Virus record (IMG/VR): IMGVR_UViG_3300021171_000007
Coordinates: 1-64,000 of that record
Source of the DNA: a virus
Direction: 5' to 3' (one strand)
DNA length: 64,000 nt
Shown here piece by piece: positions 1 through 10,156 of this stretch (the stretch's first letter is position 1; each line of letters opens with the position of its first letter). The notes under the pieces were generated by a model. It made no database searches, was not told the origin of the DNA, and saw only the letters and a list, made by a program, of their open reading frames with translations. The translations under genes were made by a program, and so were the position numbers.

Positions 1-348
1 AAATCCAGGAATTATGATAAAACCTGGTACTCCAAAAAAGATTACATCAACTGCTGTATTTGTGGCACTCTCTGGCTGTATACCATATATCTCAATACCC
101 AATTGATTTAATATAAATTGATTCGCTCCGTATGGAGTAATACTATTAATCAAATCTATCATAAATTGATTAGATATAACAATAGCACCAACATCTGTTG
201 AGGATACATCCTCAATTAGAGATGCTGGTAAATTAGCTGTATATCCAGGATTTGTAGATGTCACTAAAGTAATCAACTGTTGGCGCAACGTAGCGGGAGG
301 CGTAGGGATTGGACCCTGCGGACCCATTATGATAGGAAGCTGCGCCAT
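1..348 (-). CDS. Baseplate J-like wedge protein (5' part; runs off the window)
   Basis: ATG at 348 overlaps the upstream TAA. Translated by hand: MAQLPIIMGPQGPIPTPPATLRQQLITLVTSTNPGYTANLPASLIEDVSST... Position after the spike and wedge genes fits baseplate J. Confidence 0.7.
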   Translation of the reverse strand, partial: MAQLPIIMGPQGPIPTPPATLRQQLITLVTSTNPGYTANLPASLIEDVSSTDVGAIVISNQFMIDLINSITPYGANQFILNQLGIEIYGIQPESATNTAVDVIFFGVPGFIIIPGF

Positions 349-722
349 TAGGAAGGAACCACTGTAGACAAAAATGCACCATATTGAGTTATAACAGTAA
401 CATTATATCCAGGAGAAGAAACACCATCTGGATCTAATGCATTTGGCACACTTGTTATAGATAAAAACATAAAATAACCAGCAAATGCTTGTTGAATATA
501 ATTCATATAGTAATCTGGAGCAAGTTGAGATATTACAGAAGAATGTGCTGGAACTCCATAATTGGAATAAAAAGGACTTTCATTTAGATTCAATTTTATA
601 ACTTGAATTAAAGTAGTTAACCAAACCATATCATCATAACCATTAGCATCTGTATCCACCTCTACCCATTTCTTAGTAGCCGGAAACAGAGGATCTGGTA
701 CGATGCGCCCATAAGTCCTCAT
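348..722 (-). CDS. Baseplate wedge subunit (gp25/W-like position)
   Basis: 124 aa between spike and baseplate J; synteny in myovirus tail modules. Confidence 0.55.
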   Translation of the reverse strand: MRTYGRIVPDPLFPATKKWVEVDTDANGYDDMVWLTTLIQVIKLNLNESPFYSNYGVPAHSSVISQLAPDYYMNYIQQAFAGYFMFLSITSVPNALDPDGVSSPGYNVTVITQYGAFLSTVVPS

Positions 723-2053
723 ATTCTAACCGCCCATATATTACCCATAACAGTGCAGGAACCGCTAAATGCAGCTTGAGCAATTAAATAATATATAGTA
801 TTGGTTGTTATATTGACATAGCAAGGACGCAGTGATAAGATCTGTTCAGCATTAGATGGAGTAACAGATGGGAAAACAATTTGAGATCTAGCAACAGCAA
901 TTCCAGGTACAGTAGGAAATGTGGCATTAACTGTATTAATTGCTGAATATATAGCAGTAAATCCAGCAGTCGGAAGAAACCATATTTCACCTTGAACTTG
1001 CCAAACACCAGGAGTTAATTGAATTAATGTAACATCTGCTGGCACATTATTAGAAATAGTAACGCCAGTGATAATATTACTAGAAACTATTTCTCCACTT
1101 TGTCCTGCACCTGGAAAAGATCCTCCTCCTGCACCACCAAATCCACCAGCACTAATCATACCGCCAGCAGAAATATTACCACTAGCTGTTAAACTACCAA
1201 TAATATCAACTATTGTTTGAGCAGAAGGAATTGGAAGATTTGGTAAAGGCGGTATCGGAAGTGTTATACCATTTCCAAGATCAAGATCAAGAGTTTCTGG
1301 CGCCTCTAATAAATCAAAAGTAGAAGTTTCTTCACTACCTGCTGCGCCAAATTTAAAGCTTGATGCTACCATATTAAATACGCCGCTGCCACTAATAGCG
1401 TGGGTTATTGTATTTTGCGCAACTTGTTGAATACTTTGTGCATTGCCAGATATAATACCCTCAAGGGCAGTATGAATAATGTTACTACCAGCAGTATGAG
1501 CTATAACTCCATCAAGTGCTCTATGAATAATGTCTTTGAGAGCACTATGATTTATAGCAGCAGAAGCAGTATGAATTATATTATTGAGTTTATCTAATAC
1601 TGTTGATGTTGTCGTATCCTGTGTTTGGATTTTATGTCCTGTTGGTCCTCCTGTAACTAAGAATTGATTTTGATCGCGCTTCGGATTATTGGTATTGCTA
1701 ATAGGATGGAATACACCAGTTGTTAAATTTCCTCTTTGAAATAGATTTGCTACGCCGCCACCTAATCCGCTTTCACCTCCTAAATTTACATCATTTGGAA
1801 CAATGTATCCTTTATCACCAACTTGTGTAGGTTCGCGAGAGTATTTGGAAAATGCTTGAGGATAAGTGGCACTTGGCAATGTAAAAACAGGATCAACTAT
1901 ATCAAATGCTACTTGAACAGTATCATCATTATTCACTACTGTTACATGACAAGGTAATTTCTTAGCTTGATTTTGAAAATTATCAGCAGCTTTCGTAGCA
2001 ACAAAATTATGTTGTTGAGCAGCAAGAGAATATTTTTGACCACTAGAGATCAA
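719..2053 (-). CDS. Baseplate central spike / puncturing protein with a C-terminal extension
   Basis: N-terminal OB-like region (LPCHVTVVN..TVQVAF..PTQVGDKG), ~8-aa periodic I(I)HxA beta-helix repeats, Gly linker, extra C-terminal domain. Confidence 0.65.
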   Translation of the reverse strand: MISSGQKYSLAAQQHNFVATKAADNFQNQAKKLPCHVTVVNNDDTVQVAFDIVDPVFTLPSATYPQAFSKYSREPTQVGDKGYIVPNDVNLGGESGLGGGVANLFQRGNLTTGVFHPISNTNNPKRDQNQFLVTGGPTGHKIQTQDTTTSTVLDKLNNIIHTASAAINHSALKDIIHRALDGVIAHTAGSNIIHTALEGIISGNAQSIQQVAQNTITHAISGSGVFNMVASSFKFGAAGSEETSTFDLLEAPETLDLDLGNGITLPIPPLPNLPIPSAQTIVDIIGSLTASGNISAGGMISAGGFGGAGGGSFPGAGQSGEIVSSNIITGVTISNNVPADVTLIQLTPGVWQVQGEIWFLPTAGFTAIYSAINTVNATFPTVPGIAVARSQIVFPSVTPSNAEQILSLRPCYVNITTNTIYYLIAQAAFSGSCTVMGNIWAVRI

Positions 2054-2538
2054 GGATTCACCTCGAAATAACCGTTTCTAAATATCATTGTAGACTGAAA
2101 ATATCCTTTAGTCATACTTATTAAATAATCAATAACTCCCAAGACTGTAGCTGGACCAGGATCTATAGCTAATGGATAATAGATTTGATTATGACTTAAT
2201 ACATAAAGGAAACCACTACCATTATATTCATTTGGAACACAATTGATAACATTCGCTTGCAATACTCTTCCAATTCTAAGATAATATTGTTCGTCAACCT
2301 CTGCTATCACTCGTTGATTTAACGGATCATATATCATAGATAATACTTGAAAAGGATTAGGATTTCCTACTAACGGAACCATAAAAATTAAATTACCATT
2401 TAAATCCTTACAATTGACATAATAGCGTTGTGCGGATATATTCCAATAAACTGTTACATTATATATATTTCCATCAAATGTAGGTGCAAATGATTGTGCC
2501 TTTCTATTAGATGGAAGAAATTGAAAATAAGTAGTCAT
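2050..2538 (-). CDS. Baseplate protein
   Basis: YNVTVYWNISAQRYY motif typical of small myovirus baseplate proteins; synteny. Confidence 0.55.
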   Translation of the reverse strand: MTTYFQFLPSNRKAQSFAPTFDGNIYNVTVYWNISAQRYYVNCKDLNGNLIFMVPLVGNPNPFQVLSMIYDPLNQRVIAEVDEQYYLRIGRVLQANVINCVPNEYNGSGFLYVLSHNQIYYPLAIDPGPATVLGVIDYLISMTKGYFQSTMIFRNGYFEVNP

Positions 2539-3260
2539 AAAAGAATTGTCGAACTTGTACCACCAATATTAACTGGTGGTGATAAAGGCGCAGTTCCACC
2601 AGCACCTGCTGCTTGATTAACACTAGATGCTGGCAACCCTAATGCAGTCAATGCAGAAGTCCACTCCGCAGAAGTTTGAACACCGCCTGTAATTTTGGCA
2701 TACAAATTATTCTCAGCAAATACTAAATCAGATTGAGCAATAAGAGGTTTTCTAAAATCCCATTTCCAAGTATTTTGCGGAGTAACAATTTGAGGATTTG
2801 ACATATCAGCCAAATCTAGCATAACCATATTATAATATGTATATGCTGGCGTGAATACTGTATATGTTCCACCCATATTATTATGCGTATCTAACGCTGA
2901 CTTAAGAGCAGTCATTGTAGCATTTTTAACTGCCCACGCATACTGTGTCTTCATAGGCGTTACCATAATCAAAGAAACTTCAATTGGGTTTCTAACAATA
3001 GCATTTGCAGCAACAGCCAAATTAGCAAAAGGATACTCAGCAATTTGTTGTGAAATTAATGAGCCGCCAGATGCAGGTTGAAATATACCAAAATAACTAT
3101 CCATATTAAAATTACCACTACCACCAGAAAATAAAATGTTATAAGCACTTGGATTAAGTAAAGCCATTATAGGAAGTATGTTTCCACCAATATTTTGAGC
3201 AATACCACCATTTAAAAATATGGGTGTAATTTGATATAAAAGTTGATAAAAACTAAGCAT
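2535..3260 (-). CDS. Baseplate / tail-tube initiator (Dit-like) protein
   Basis: Synteny downstream of tape measure and hub; IAEYPF...NAIVRNPIEVSL and YTVFTPAYTYYNM motifs. Confidence 0.5.
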   Translation of the reverse strand: MLSFYQLLYQITPIFLNGGIAQNIGGNILPIMALLNPSAYNILFSGGSGNFNMDSYFGIFQPASGGSLISQQIAEYPFANLAVAANAIVRNPIEVSLIMVTPMKTQYAWAVKNATMTALKSALDTHNNMGGTYTVFTPAYTYYNMVMLDLADMSNPQIVTPQNTWKWDFRKPLIAQSDLVFAENNLYAKITGGVQTSAEWTSALTALGLPASSVNQAAGAGGTAPLSPPVNIGGTSSTILL

Positions 3261-4464
3261 GTCCTATACCTGGTAATCCTGAAGCTGGTGTAAATATTTG
3301 TTCTCCTGATATATTTTGTACTGGGATAGGATTTCCTTCACTATCATTACCAGGTGTTACAGCTTCAATAACTGTTATCCAATTTTGATCAGCAGCAGGG
3401 CTTCTGAAGCGCCCCATGTGTCTAACACTTACCACAGTAAATTGTCCTTGAAATGTAAGAATATTACCATGTTGAAATGTATTAAAAACTAGGCCTGGCA
3501 TAAATGTAAGACCACCGCTTTGTGTTGCAGAAGTCAAAATATTATTTGGCAATATTATTTGACTATTCGGAGAAATATCAGATCTTAAAGCAACTTTAAA
3601 TTGAATTTTGTTCGGGCCGATCCAACAAGGCTGTCCTATCAAATCTTGGAATTGTATCATTATTAATGCACTAGGTTGTGATGCATCAAAAATATTAAAA
3701 TTACCTTTTGAAGAATCAGCCATTACTCCTTGATAACCAGTTGTGTATGGTGTTCCAAGAACACTATGACTTAATACTTTAGCATAATCCAAATATTGTT
3801 CAAGAGATTGATAATATCCTTTATCATCATAATTAAGAGTAATATTTGGATTAATATTTAAATTAATTCCAACACCCGGAAAAGCAGTACTCAAAGCCTG
3901 TTGTATTGCTTGTCCTAATGGAGTGCCTTTAGGCATATTGTGAATAATATTTACAGGCTTAGTTGGTCCTCCAGAATTACCCATATTAGGTTTTAGAAAG
4001 AACGTAAGACTTAACTCAGTACCTGTCCACTCGCTTACACCTGGGAAAATCAAAGCATTGCACAATAGACCTTGATGCGCCACTTGGAAATTGGCAAGTG
4101 GTAGACCTTCAGTAAATCCTCCATATATAGCTAGTTGACAACCTGTAAAGTAAGATGATTGTGAAACTAAATTTTGTTGTATGCCATAAATTTTAACATA
4201 TCCATTTAAAGTTTGGCTACCTGGAGCAATTTGAATATCAAGCTCAATATCTAACGCTCCTGGATCGTTTTCATTATCAACAACACTACACCATTGCGCT
4301 CCAGATATACCTGCACCAGATATAGCAGCAAGTGCTGCTGGGACAGGTTGTCCTGCAAGTGATGCTAATTGTTGAACAGAATTAACAGAATCAGCAATAC
4401 CAGATATTTGAGCTAAACTGGTATAACTAATTCCTCCAGAAACTGTAAGCGCATAGAAACGCAT
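3253..4464 (-). CDS. Baseplate hub protein (gp27-like)
   Basis: 403 aa directly after tape measure; C-terminal GQFTVVSVRHMGRFR..WITVIEA pattern typical of hub proteins. Confidence 0.6.
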   Translation of the reverse strand: MRFYALTVSGGISYTSLAQISGIADSVNSVQQLASLAGQPVPAALAAISGAGISGAQWCSVVDNENDPGALDIELDIQIAPGSQTLNGYVKIYGIQQNLVSQSSYFTGCQLAIYGGFTEGLPLANFQVAHQGLLCNALIFPGVSEWTGTELSLTFFLKPNMGNSGGPTKPVNIIHNMPKGTPLGQAIQQALSTAFPGVGINLNINPNITLNYDDKGYYQSLEQYLDYAKVLSHSVLGTPYTTGYQGVMADSSKGNFNIFDASQPSALIMIQFQDLIGQPCWIGPNKIQFKVALRSDISPNSQIILPNNILTSATQSGGLTFMPGLVFNTFQHGNILTFQGQFTVVSVRHMGRFRSPAADQNWITVIEAVTPGNDSEGNPIPVQNISGEQIFTPASGLPGIGHA

Positions 4465-7454
4465 TAACCAAAGTTTCCTTGCGAAGAACCAATCATAGCT
4501 GTTTGAGTAGCTACATCAGCACCTGCCGCATTATTCACATTAACTTTAATTGCTTGATTAGTATTATATTGACTCATATCACCAATATGTGGATGAGGTC
4601 CTGATCTAGATGCAGTTCTCGTTGCACCAGCTTCTCTAGCTGAAGCTTCGGCTATAGCTCGGCGATCTCTAGCTATTTGAACATGTTCAGGATCGCCTGG
4701 AACTAATTCCATTCCATATTCAACAGCATGAGCACGTACATAATCGCGTGCCGGACCTTCAGCAAGATCAGCTGCCATTCCTTTTTCATGCAAAGATGTA
4801 CCAGGTTTTGCTGCAAGTCCTTGTCCGCCTATATGATGAATATAATTATAATAAAGCTCAGCTTGCTTTTTACTATCACGCACAAGGCTAGTAAATTGAA
4901 CTTTTTGTCCAGTAGCTTTTTCAGCAGCTTCTGTAGCACGTTTTAAATCAGCACCGAATTCTGGATTAATACCTTCAGTTTTAGATACTTCTCCAGATGC
5001 TCTTGATTTAAAGAAATCAGTATCTACTGCGCTATCGTCCCAGCTTCCTGATGCGCCGCCTCCACCGCTGCTTCCGCCTCCACCGGTAATAGTTTTACCA
5101 TCACCAGTAGATGCTGCACCTAAACCACGACCAAGATTAATTCCAGCAAGAATTTGTTCGTGAGTTGCAGTATGAGAACCTTTTCTACCTTCACGTTTGA
5201 ATTGTTGCTCTAACATACCAGCAACTTTTTCAGGATCAGCTGTAGAAAGATCGTATTGATCGTTAGGATCAATTCCAAGACTTTTTGCTAACGGACCAAT
5301 ATATCCATTTTCAGCCCATCCCTTAAGTGCTCCTTGAAGTGTTTTACCATTTTTAGCTTGATTACGAATCAACAATTTGTATGCTGCTGCCACGCCTTCC
5401 GGCATGGTCTTAAATACACCCATAGTATGTTGACCATGAGTTTGCGGATCAGTATAACTAAATTTACTTACTGCACCTTCCCATCCAGCATAATTTAAAT
5501 TACCAGGATTATTCGCACGCGTACCGTAATCTCCCCATGTTTTATCACCAGGTAACTGTGATATTTCTGGTGCATTAGTGTCAATAGTATTTGATTCTGT
5601 TCCTCCTGTATATTTACCGCCACCTAGACCACTACTAGAAATGCCACTACCTTTACCAATAGTACCTTCGCCAAGAGTTCTTGGCATTGCTGTGTCACCA
5701 ATACCACCGGTATCATAACGCGGAGTCGCGCCACTTTCTAGTCCGCCACCGCCACCACCTCTTCCACCTCCACCTCCTTGTCCAAATTTAGACGCTAAAT
5801 ATTGTCCAGAACCTCCAAACATAATGCGGGAGCCTCTGAGAAGTTGTTCGTTAAATTCAGCCAAACTCTTAGAAGTATCAGTAACATCTTTATTTAATTT
5901 AGCGATTTTTGGACTAAATATACTAACTCTAGTTACACCACCAATAACGCCACCATTTCCTTCATCTACTGCGCCACTACCTTGAATATTACTTTCAAGT
6001 GGAGGATTGTTTAGTGGTGAATGTAAACGTGGTACTGGTCGAAGTTTACCATCAGGCCGCGGTCCTGTTGTAGGCGCTGCTGGTTTACCACCTAAAATAG
6101 GACCACCCCAACCCCAATTTTCTGAATTGAATATACCGCCAGGCTTAAGACCTGGAGCAGCTTCTGGTCCCTCGTTTATCTTATTCATTTGATTTTTAAT
6201 AAAATTATCTATAGCAGGTGCAATATCAGCTAATTTATTGATAAAATGAGTTTGTATCTCAGAACTTGCTAAGTTAAGTGTGGTACTAAGATTGGTTAGA
6301 GCTTTCTGTTGTTCTTGAGTAGTTTCTAAATATTTTGCATTTGCCTCAACAGCTTCAGCTGCTTCTTTAGTTTCTTGACCAGACATCCCAATTAATCTGG
6401 TAGCTTGACCAATACCTCCTGGTAAAATTGAACCTAAATGTTGCGCCTCAAAGAGATTACCCATAGCTTGTGGGGTATATCCCTTTAATTTCTTTTGTGC
6501 TCTTATCATCAACTGTGCATACATAGTTGATGGATCCATATTTTTAATTTCTTCTGGAGAAAATCCCATAAAAGTATATGCTGCGAATTCATCTCCAATC
6601 ATACTTTTAGCTCTGTTCGCAGCCTCTAATCCAGGCTGAACAGGGCCAAATCTTGCAAGCTCGACTTGGGCAGATTTCATTCTGCCAATATCACCACCAA
6701 TTCCAGTCGCTTGAAGGCGCTGTTGCGCACCAACCGCCGCTCCTTCATTAATAGCATAACCGAGCGCGGCAGCAGTACCTCCAATTCCAAGCATCTTAAT
6801 AAGATTGCCGCTGAACATATTCCTCAATATGTTCTGGCTCATTCTCCCAGTAGAAAACATCTGGTAGAATGACTCATTCCATTTATCATTACCTTTCGCA
6901 AATTTTTCAAAAGTAGCTTTAAATTGTCCAGAACCAGTTGAATCTCTACCTGGACCCCAAGGTAATCTATCTAAATCAGATAGTGTCCCTGGTTTAGGTG
7001 CTCTTTCCCAATTTCCTTTAAATTGACCAGAACCTGTATTGTTGCGCCCAGGTCCCCAACGCAATCTGTCCATATCAGACAGAGAACCTGAAGCAGGAGG
7101 CTTTTCCCAACCTGCACTAAATTGGCTACCTGTTCCAGCTTCTTTAGGTTGAGACCAAGTAGGACGTTTGGTAAACGTACCTTGAGCGTTTCTATATTTC
7201 CTTCCTTCTGGAAATAGATCATCTTCAGATTTTTCACGTCTTCTATATTCTCTTCTTGATCTTGCTCCTTCACCAGCTGTTTTATTTAATTTTTCATGTT
7301 CCTTACTGGCTTGTGTTGTAATGGCAACATTTTCTTTTAATACAGCATTTGATTCTTTCAAAACGTCTCTATACTTCTCTGCCAGCTTAACAAGCTCGCT
7401 GAGTTTAGAAGTATCAACTTCTACGTCTATCGTTGATTTACCTTTAGATGCCAA
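4464..7454 (-). CDS. Tape measure protein with a lysozyme-like (NNPGN) domain and a C-terminal M15-type Zn peptidase
   Basis: 996 aa, Ala/Gly-rich and helical; RANNPGNLNYA motif; SLHEKGMAADL...EHVQ fits SxHxxGxAxD...ExH; TTG start with GGAG SD. Confidence 0.8.
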   Translation of the reverse strand: MASKGKSTIDVEVDTSKLSELVKLAEKYRDVLKESNAVLKENVAITTQASKEHEKLNKTAGEGARSRREYRRREKSEDDLFPEGRKYRNAQGTFTKRPTWSQPKEAGTGSQFSAGWEKPPASGSLSDMDRLRWGPGRNNTGSGQFKGNWERAPKPGTLSDLDRLPWGPGRDSTGSGQFKATFEKFAKGNDKWNESFYQMFSTGRMSQNILRNMFSGNLIKMLGIGGTAAALGYAINEGAAVGAQQRLQATGIGGDIGRMKSAQVELARFGPVQPGLEAANRAKSMIGDEFAAYTFMGFSPEEIKNMDPSTMYAQLMIRAQKKLKGYTPQAMGNLFEAQHLGSILPGGIGQATRLIGMSGQETKEAAEAVEANAKYLETTQEQQKALTNLSTTLNLASSEIQTHFINKLADIAPAIDNFIKNQMNKINEGPEAAPGLKPGGIFNSENWGWGGPILGGKPAAPTTGPRPDGKLRPVPRLHSPLNNPPLESNIQGSGAVDEGNGGVIGGVTRVSIFSPKIAKLNKDVTDTSKSLAEFNEQLLRGSRIMFGGSGQYLASKFGQGGGGGRGGGGGGLESGATPRYDTGGIGDTAMPRTLGEGTIGKGSGISSSGLGGGKYTGGTESNTIDTNAPEISQLPGDKTWGDYGTRANNPGNLNYAGWEGAVSKFSYTDPQTHGQHTMGVFKTMPEGVAAAYKLLIRNQAKNGKTLQGALKGWAENGYIGPLAKSLGIDPNDQYDLSTADPEKVAGMLEQQFKREGRKGSHTATHEQILAGINLGRGLGAASTGDGKTITGGGGSSGGGGASGSWDDSAVDTDFFKSRASGEVSKTEGINPEFGADLKRATEAAEKATGQKVQFTSLVRDSKKQAELYYNYIHHIGGQGLAAKPGTSLHEKGMAADLAEGPARDYVRAHAVEYGMELVPGDPEHVQIARDRRAIAEASAREAGATRTASRSGPHPHIGDMSQYNTNQAIKVNVNNAAGADVATQTAMIGSSQGNFG

Positions 7455-7542
7455 TACTATCTCCGTCTAAAGTCATGTATAGATTTATAATCTCCATTAT
7501 ATTGCCACATAAAATCCCGAAAGCCTTCGCCAATTATCCAAT

Positions 7543-8148
7543 TTAGGACGGAATTGACAATGCTCTCGGAGCCAAAACACTCGGGGTCATTTCTGGTTTC
7601 TCTCCAGTATTCTCTTCCTGATTCAATATCGTCAACGAATTGCAATAATCCATAACGCTTAATGATGTAGTTTGCGCTCCCCAAATTGAATTTAAGCCAA
7701 CCATGATCGTCGGCAGTTCGCTCTTTAAATGAACTGCCGAGGCCACAGTAAAATAAACAAGGGCATTTTCAACCTCTCTTATTGTTTCCTCATCTAGAAG
7801 ATTTTTCATTTTTATTTCTAAAAATGGCTTTGCAGCCCATTTATTAACGGCAGGATCAACCATTAATACAAATGTAAGACGATATATTTCTTGAATAACA
7901 GGAACAGTCACATCAGTTTCGGTACTGATTTCTTTAGCCATGTCTTTTAATGCCATAGCAGCGACACGGGGTGCCATACCTGGCCCTACTCCATTGAAAT
8001 AGAGATTTGATAATGTCTTTACAAAAAGCAAATAATTTGCTTCAAAGACTTCTCTAGATATGGGTGTAGAATGAACCCACATCTTTTTATCATCTACTTC
8101 TAGCGGAAGAACCAAGTTTAGTTTTTTATTGATTGTTATGGCTGCCAT
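7543..8148 (-). CDS. Tail assembly chaperone
   Basis: Lies between tail tube and tape measure. Confidence 0.6.
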   Translation of the reverse strand: MAAITINKKLNLVLPLEVDDKKMWVHSTPISREVFEANYLLFVKTLSNLYFNGVGPGMAPRVAAMALKDMAKEISTETDVTVPVIQEIYRLTFVLMVDPAVNKWAAKPFLEIKMKNLLDEETIREVENALVYFTVASAVHLKSELPTIMVGLNSIWGAQTTSLSVMDYCNSLTILNQEENTGEKPEMTPSVLAPRALSIPS

Positions 8149-8172
8149 TTGCTACCTGCTACCTTTGATCGT

Positions 8173-8652
8173 TTATGTATTGAACATAAACGCGTTGACC
8201 TCGTAATAACCCTTAATCGTCACAACCCAAGTAGGTTCTTCGCCAGCGAACGACATAGCATTCACACTTTCGAGAACGCAGTTTTGGAGTTGATAAGAAC
8301 TCAAAACATTTCCACCGCCGACATAACTATTGGCAACAGCAGAAACATCTGGTTGAACAGTAACTAGCCCAAGAAGAGTATTTTCCTCAAATAAGCTCTT
8401 GACCATATCAGATTGCGGTTGTGACTTAAGCAACGCAATCGTCAAAGTGGCAATTTGAAACGGCGCTGGCGAAGGCACAGCGCCTGTCATTGTTGGGAAA
8501 TAATCTGTAGCATTTCCCTCAAGAGTCAGTCTTATCCCCTCTCTCCCCAACAAATACGGAGTGATTTGAAATAAAACTCCACTATTAAAAGTAACGAGGG
8601 CTGATACTCTATTGAGCACGCCCTGCGGGACATTAAGATTACCAGCGGCCAT
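8173..8652 (-). CDS. Tail tube protein
   Basis: 159 aa, beta-rich, immediately after the sheath. Confidence 0.7.
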   Translation of the reverse strand: MAAGNLNVPQGVLNRVSALVTFNSGVLFQITPYLLGREGIRLTLEGNATDYFPTMTGAVPSPAPFQIATLTIALLKSQPQSDMVKSLFEENTLLGLVTVQPDVSAVANSYVGGGNVLSSYQLQNCVLESVNAMSFAGEEPTWVVTIKGYYEVNAFMFNT

Positions 8653-8680
8653 CGTTCTCTCCTATCTCCATATATCTATA

Positions 8681-10135
8681 TTACAGTGTAACGATATTGG
8701 TCGCTACAACCGTTACCAGAATATGGACAAAGCCACGAGCAGGGATGAACAAAGTGCTTAGCCCATCATACTCGCCTGTGCCATAATCCGCTGGATTCAA
8801 TGCAGTATAAGTGGCAAACGGCACAGCATTGACATTGCATACCGTCGCATAAGTTCCAGCATCAATTGCATCTGCCAAGTCAGATGGCCCAAGTTGTGTT
8901 TGGATAACAGGTCCATTAACCATACCGTACTGGTTACCAGTAAGCATAGTATTGGCAAGAACTTGCTCCAACTGCAAGATGCCAGTTTGATTGTAATACA
9001 GAGGTGCAGTTGGATTATTAGATCCATTAAGCACGGCGTTGGAGATGTTCAAGTTGATATTGATTTGGACCCAATCAATCGTCCACCACCAATTGAAGTA
9101 GTCGAAGCCATCCGCAGTAACGCCCTTATACACATTGGTATAGGAAATACCTCCTTGCGCTCCAGTTTGAATATAATTCACATTATTCGTCTTAAAGTTG
9201 ACGAGAGTAGGCCCATTATTCGGAACTGGATATGGAGTAACACCATACATGTACTTGAAGCACATCGGTGCAACTCTCGTCACCGCAGTCGCCTTGAAGC
9301 GCATCGCCCAATAAAACATACTGGCGATAGTGAATTCAGCAAACTGCCCAGGTGTTGAGGCACCACGGGCTGCTTGAACTCCTGGCGCTTCCATAAGTTG
9401 AATAACAGACTTATTTGTGTTGTCGATCAAACCGACAGCTTGAAGATCATCGAGTGTAACCCAGAAATACGTCATAGCTTCCGGGTTAACGTATTGCTGG
9501 AAGAGCTCAATAACGCCCTGACCAGGTTGAAGATTTGCTACATCTCCCCAATAATCAGGTAACAAATACCCATAAAATGTTCCTGGGCTTTGTGTTAACC
9601 AAGTCTCTAGCGCAGTGACTTCGTCGGCAAACAAAGGCTGATAACCAAGTTCAAGAACATTAATTCCAACAGCGGTTCCTTGTCTGAAATACGTTGCAAT
9701 TTGAGCATTGAGCTGCAACGTAGAATACATTTGCCATGTACCCATAGTAACAGCAGTACCAGGATTTGTAGCAATAGGAACAGTAAAGCTGGTAGCACTA
9801 ACATAAGTAGCATCAAAAATTCCATTATACCCAATAGGATTCATACCAGCAATTGCGATCTTCATAACTGTGCCAGCGGTGGCATAGCTCGGAAGCGCAC
9901 CATTAATGGTATATGTTGCTACACCAGTAGCATATGTCACGGAGACAATTTGACCAGCGCCTTGCAACAATGGCTTTAGATCAGTAAATTGGGTAAGAAA
10001 CACAGAAGAATTTGGCGGAACATTTGTGCCACCAAAAGACAGAATAGCGCCAGTTTGCTGGAGCGTCGAAGGATAGGGCGCAAGAATAGTTGAAACTTGC
10101 ACGCTAACGATAGCATTTGGATCTTGATAAGACAT
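8681..10135 (-). CDS. Tail sheath protein (DUF3383-like) with an inserted beta domain
   Basis: 484 aa; IVSVQVS N-terminus; YFNWWWTIDWVQIN and LYYNQTGILQLEQV motifs; synteny. Confidence 0.75.
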   Translation of the reverse strand: MSYQDPNAIVSVQVSTILAPYPSTLQQTGAILSFGGTNVPPNSSVFLTQFTDLKPLLQGAGQIVSVTYATGVATYTINGALPSYATAGTVMKIAIAGMNPIGYNGIFDATYVSATSFTVPIATNPGTAVTMGTWQMYSTLQLNAQIATYFRQGTAVGINVLELGYQPLFADEVTALETWLTQSPGTFYGYLLPDYWGDVANLQPGQGVIELFQQYVNPEAMTYFWVTLDDLQAVGLIDNTNKSVIQLMEAPGVQAARGASTPGQFAEFTIASMFYWAMRFKATAVTRVAPMCFKYMYGVTPYPVPNNGPTLVNFKTNNVNYIQTGAQGGISYTNVYKGVTADGFDYFNWWWTIDWVQININLNISNAVLNGSNNPTAPLYYNQTGILQLEQVLANTMLTGNQYGMVNGPVIQTQLGPSDLADAIDAGTYATVCNVNAVPFATYTALNPADYGTGEYDGLSTLFIPARGFVHILVTVVATNIVTL

Positions 10136-10156
10136 AACAGGCTCCTTAGAACTGGA

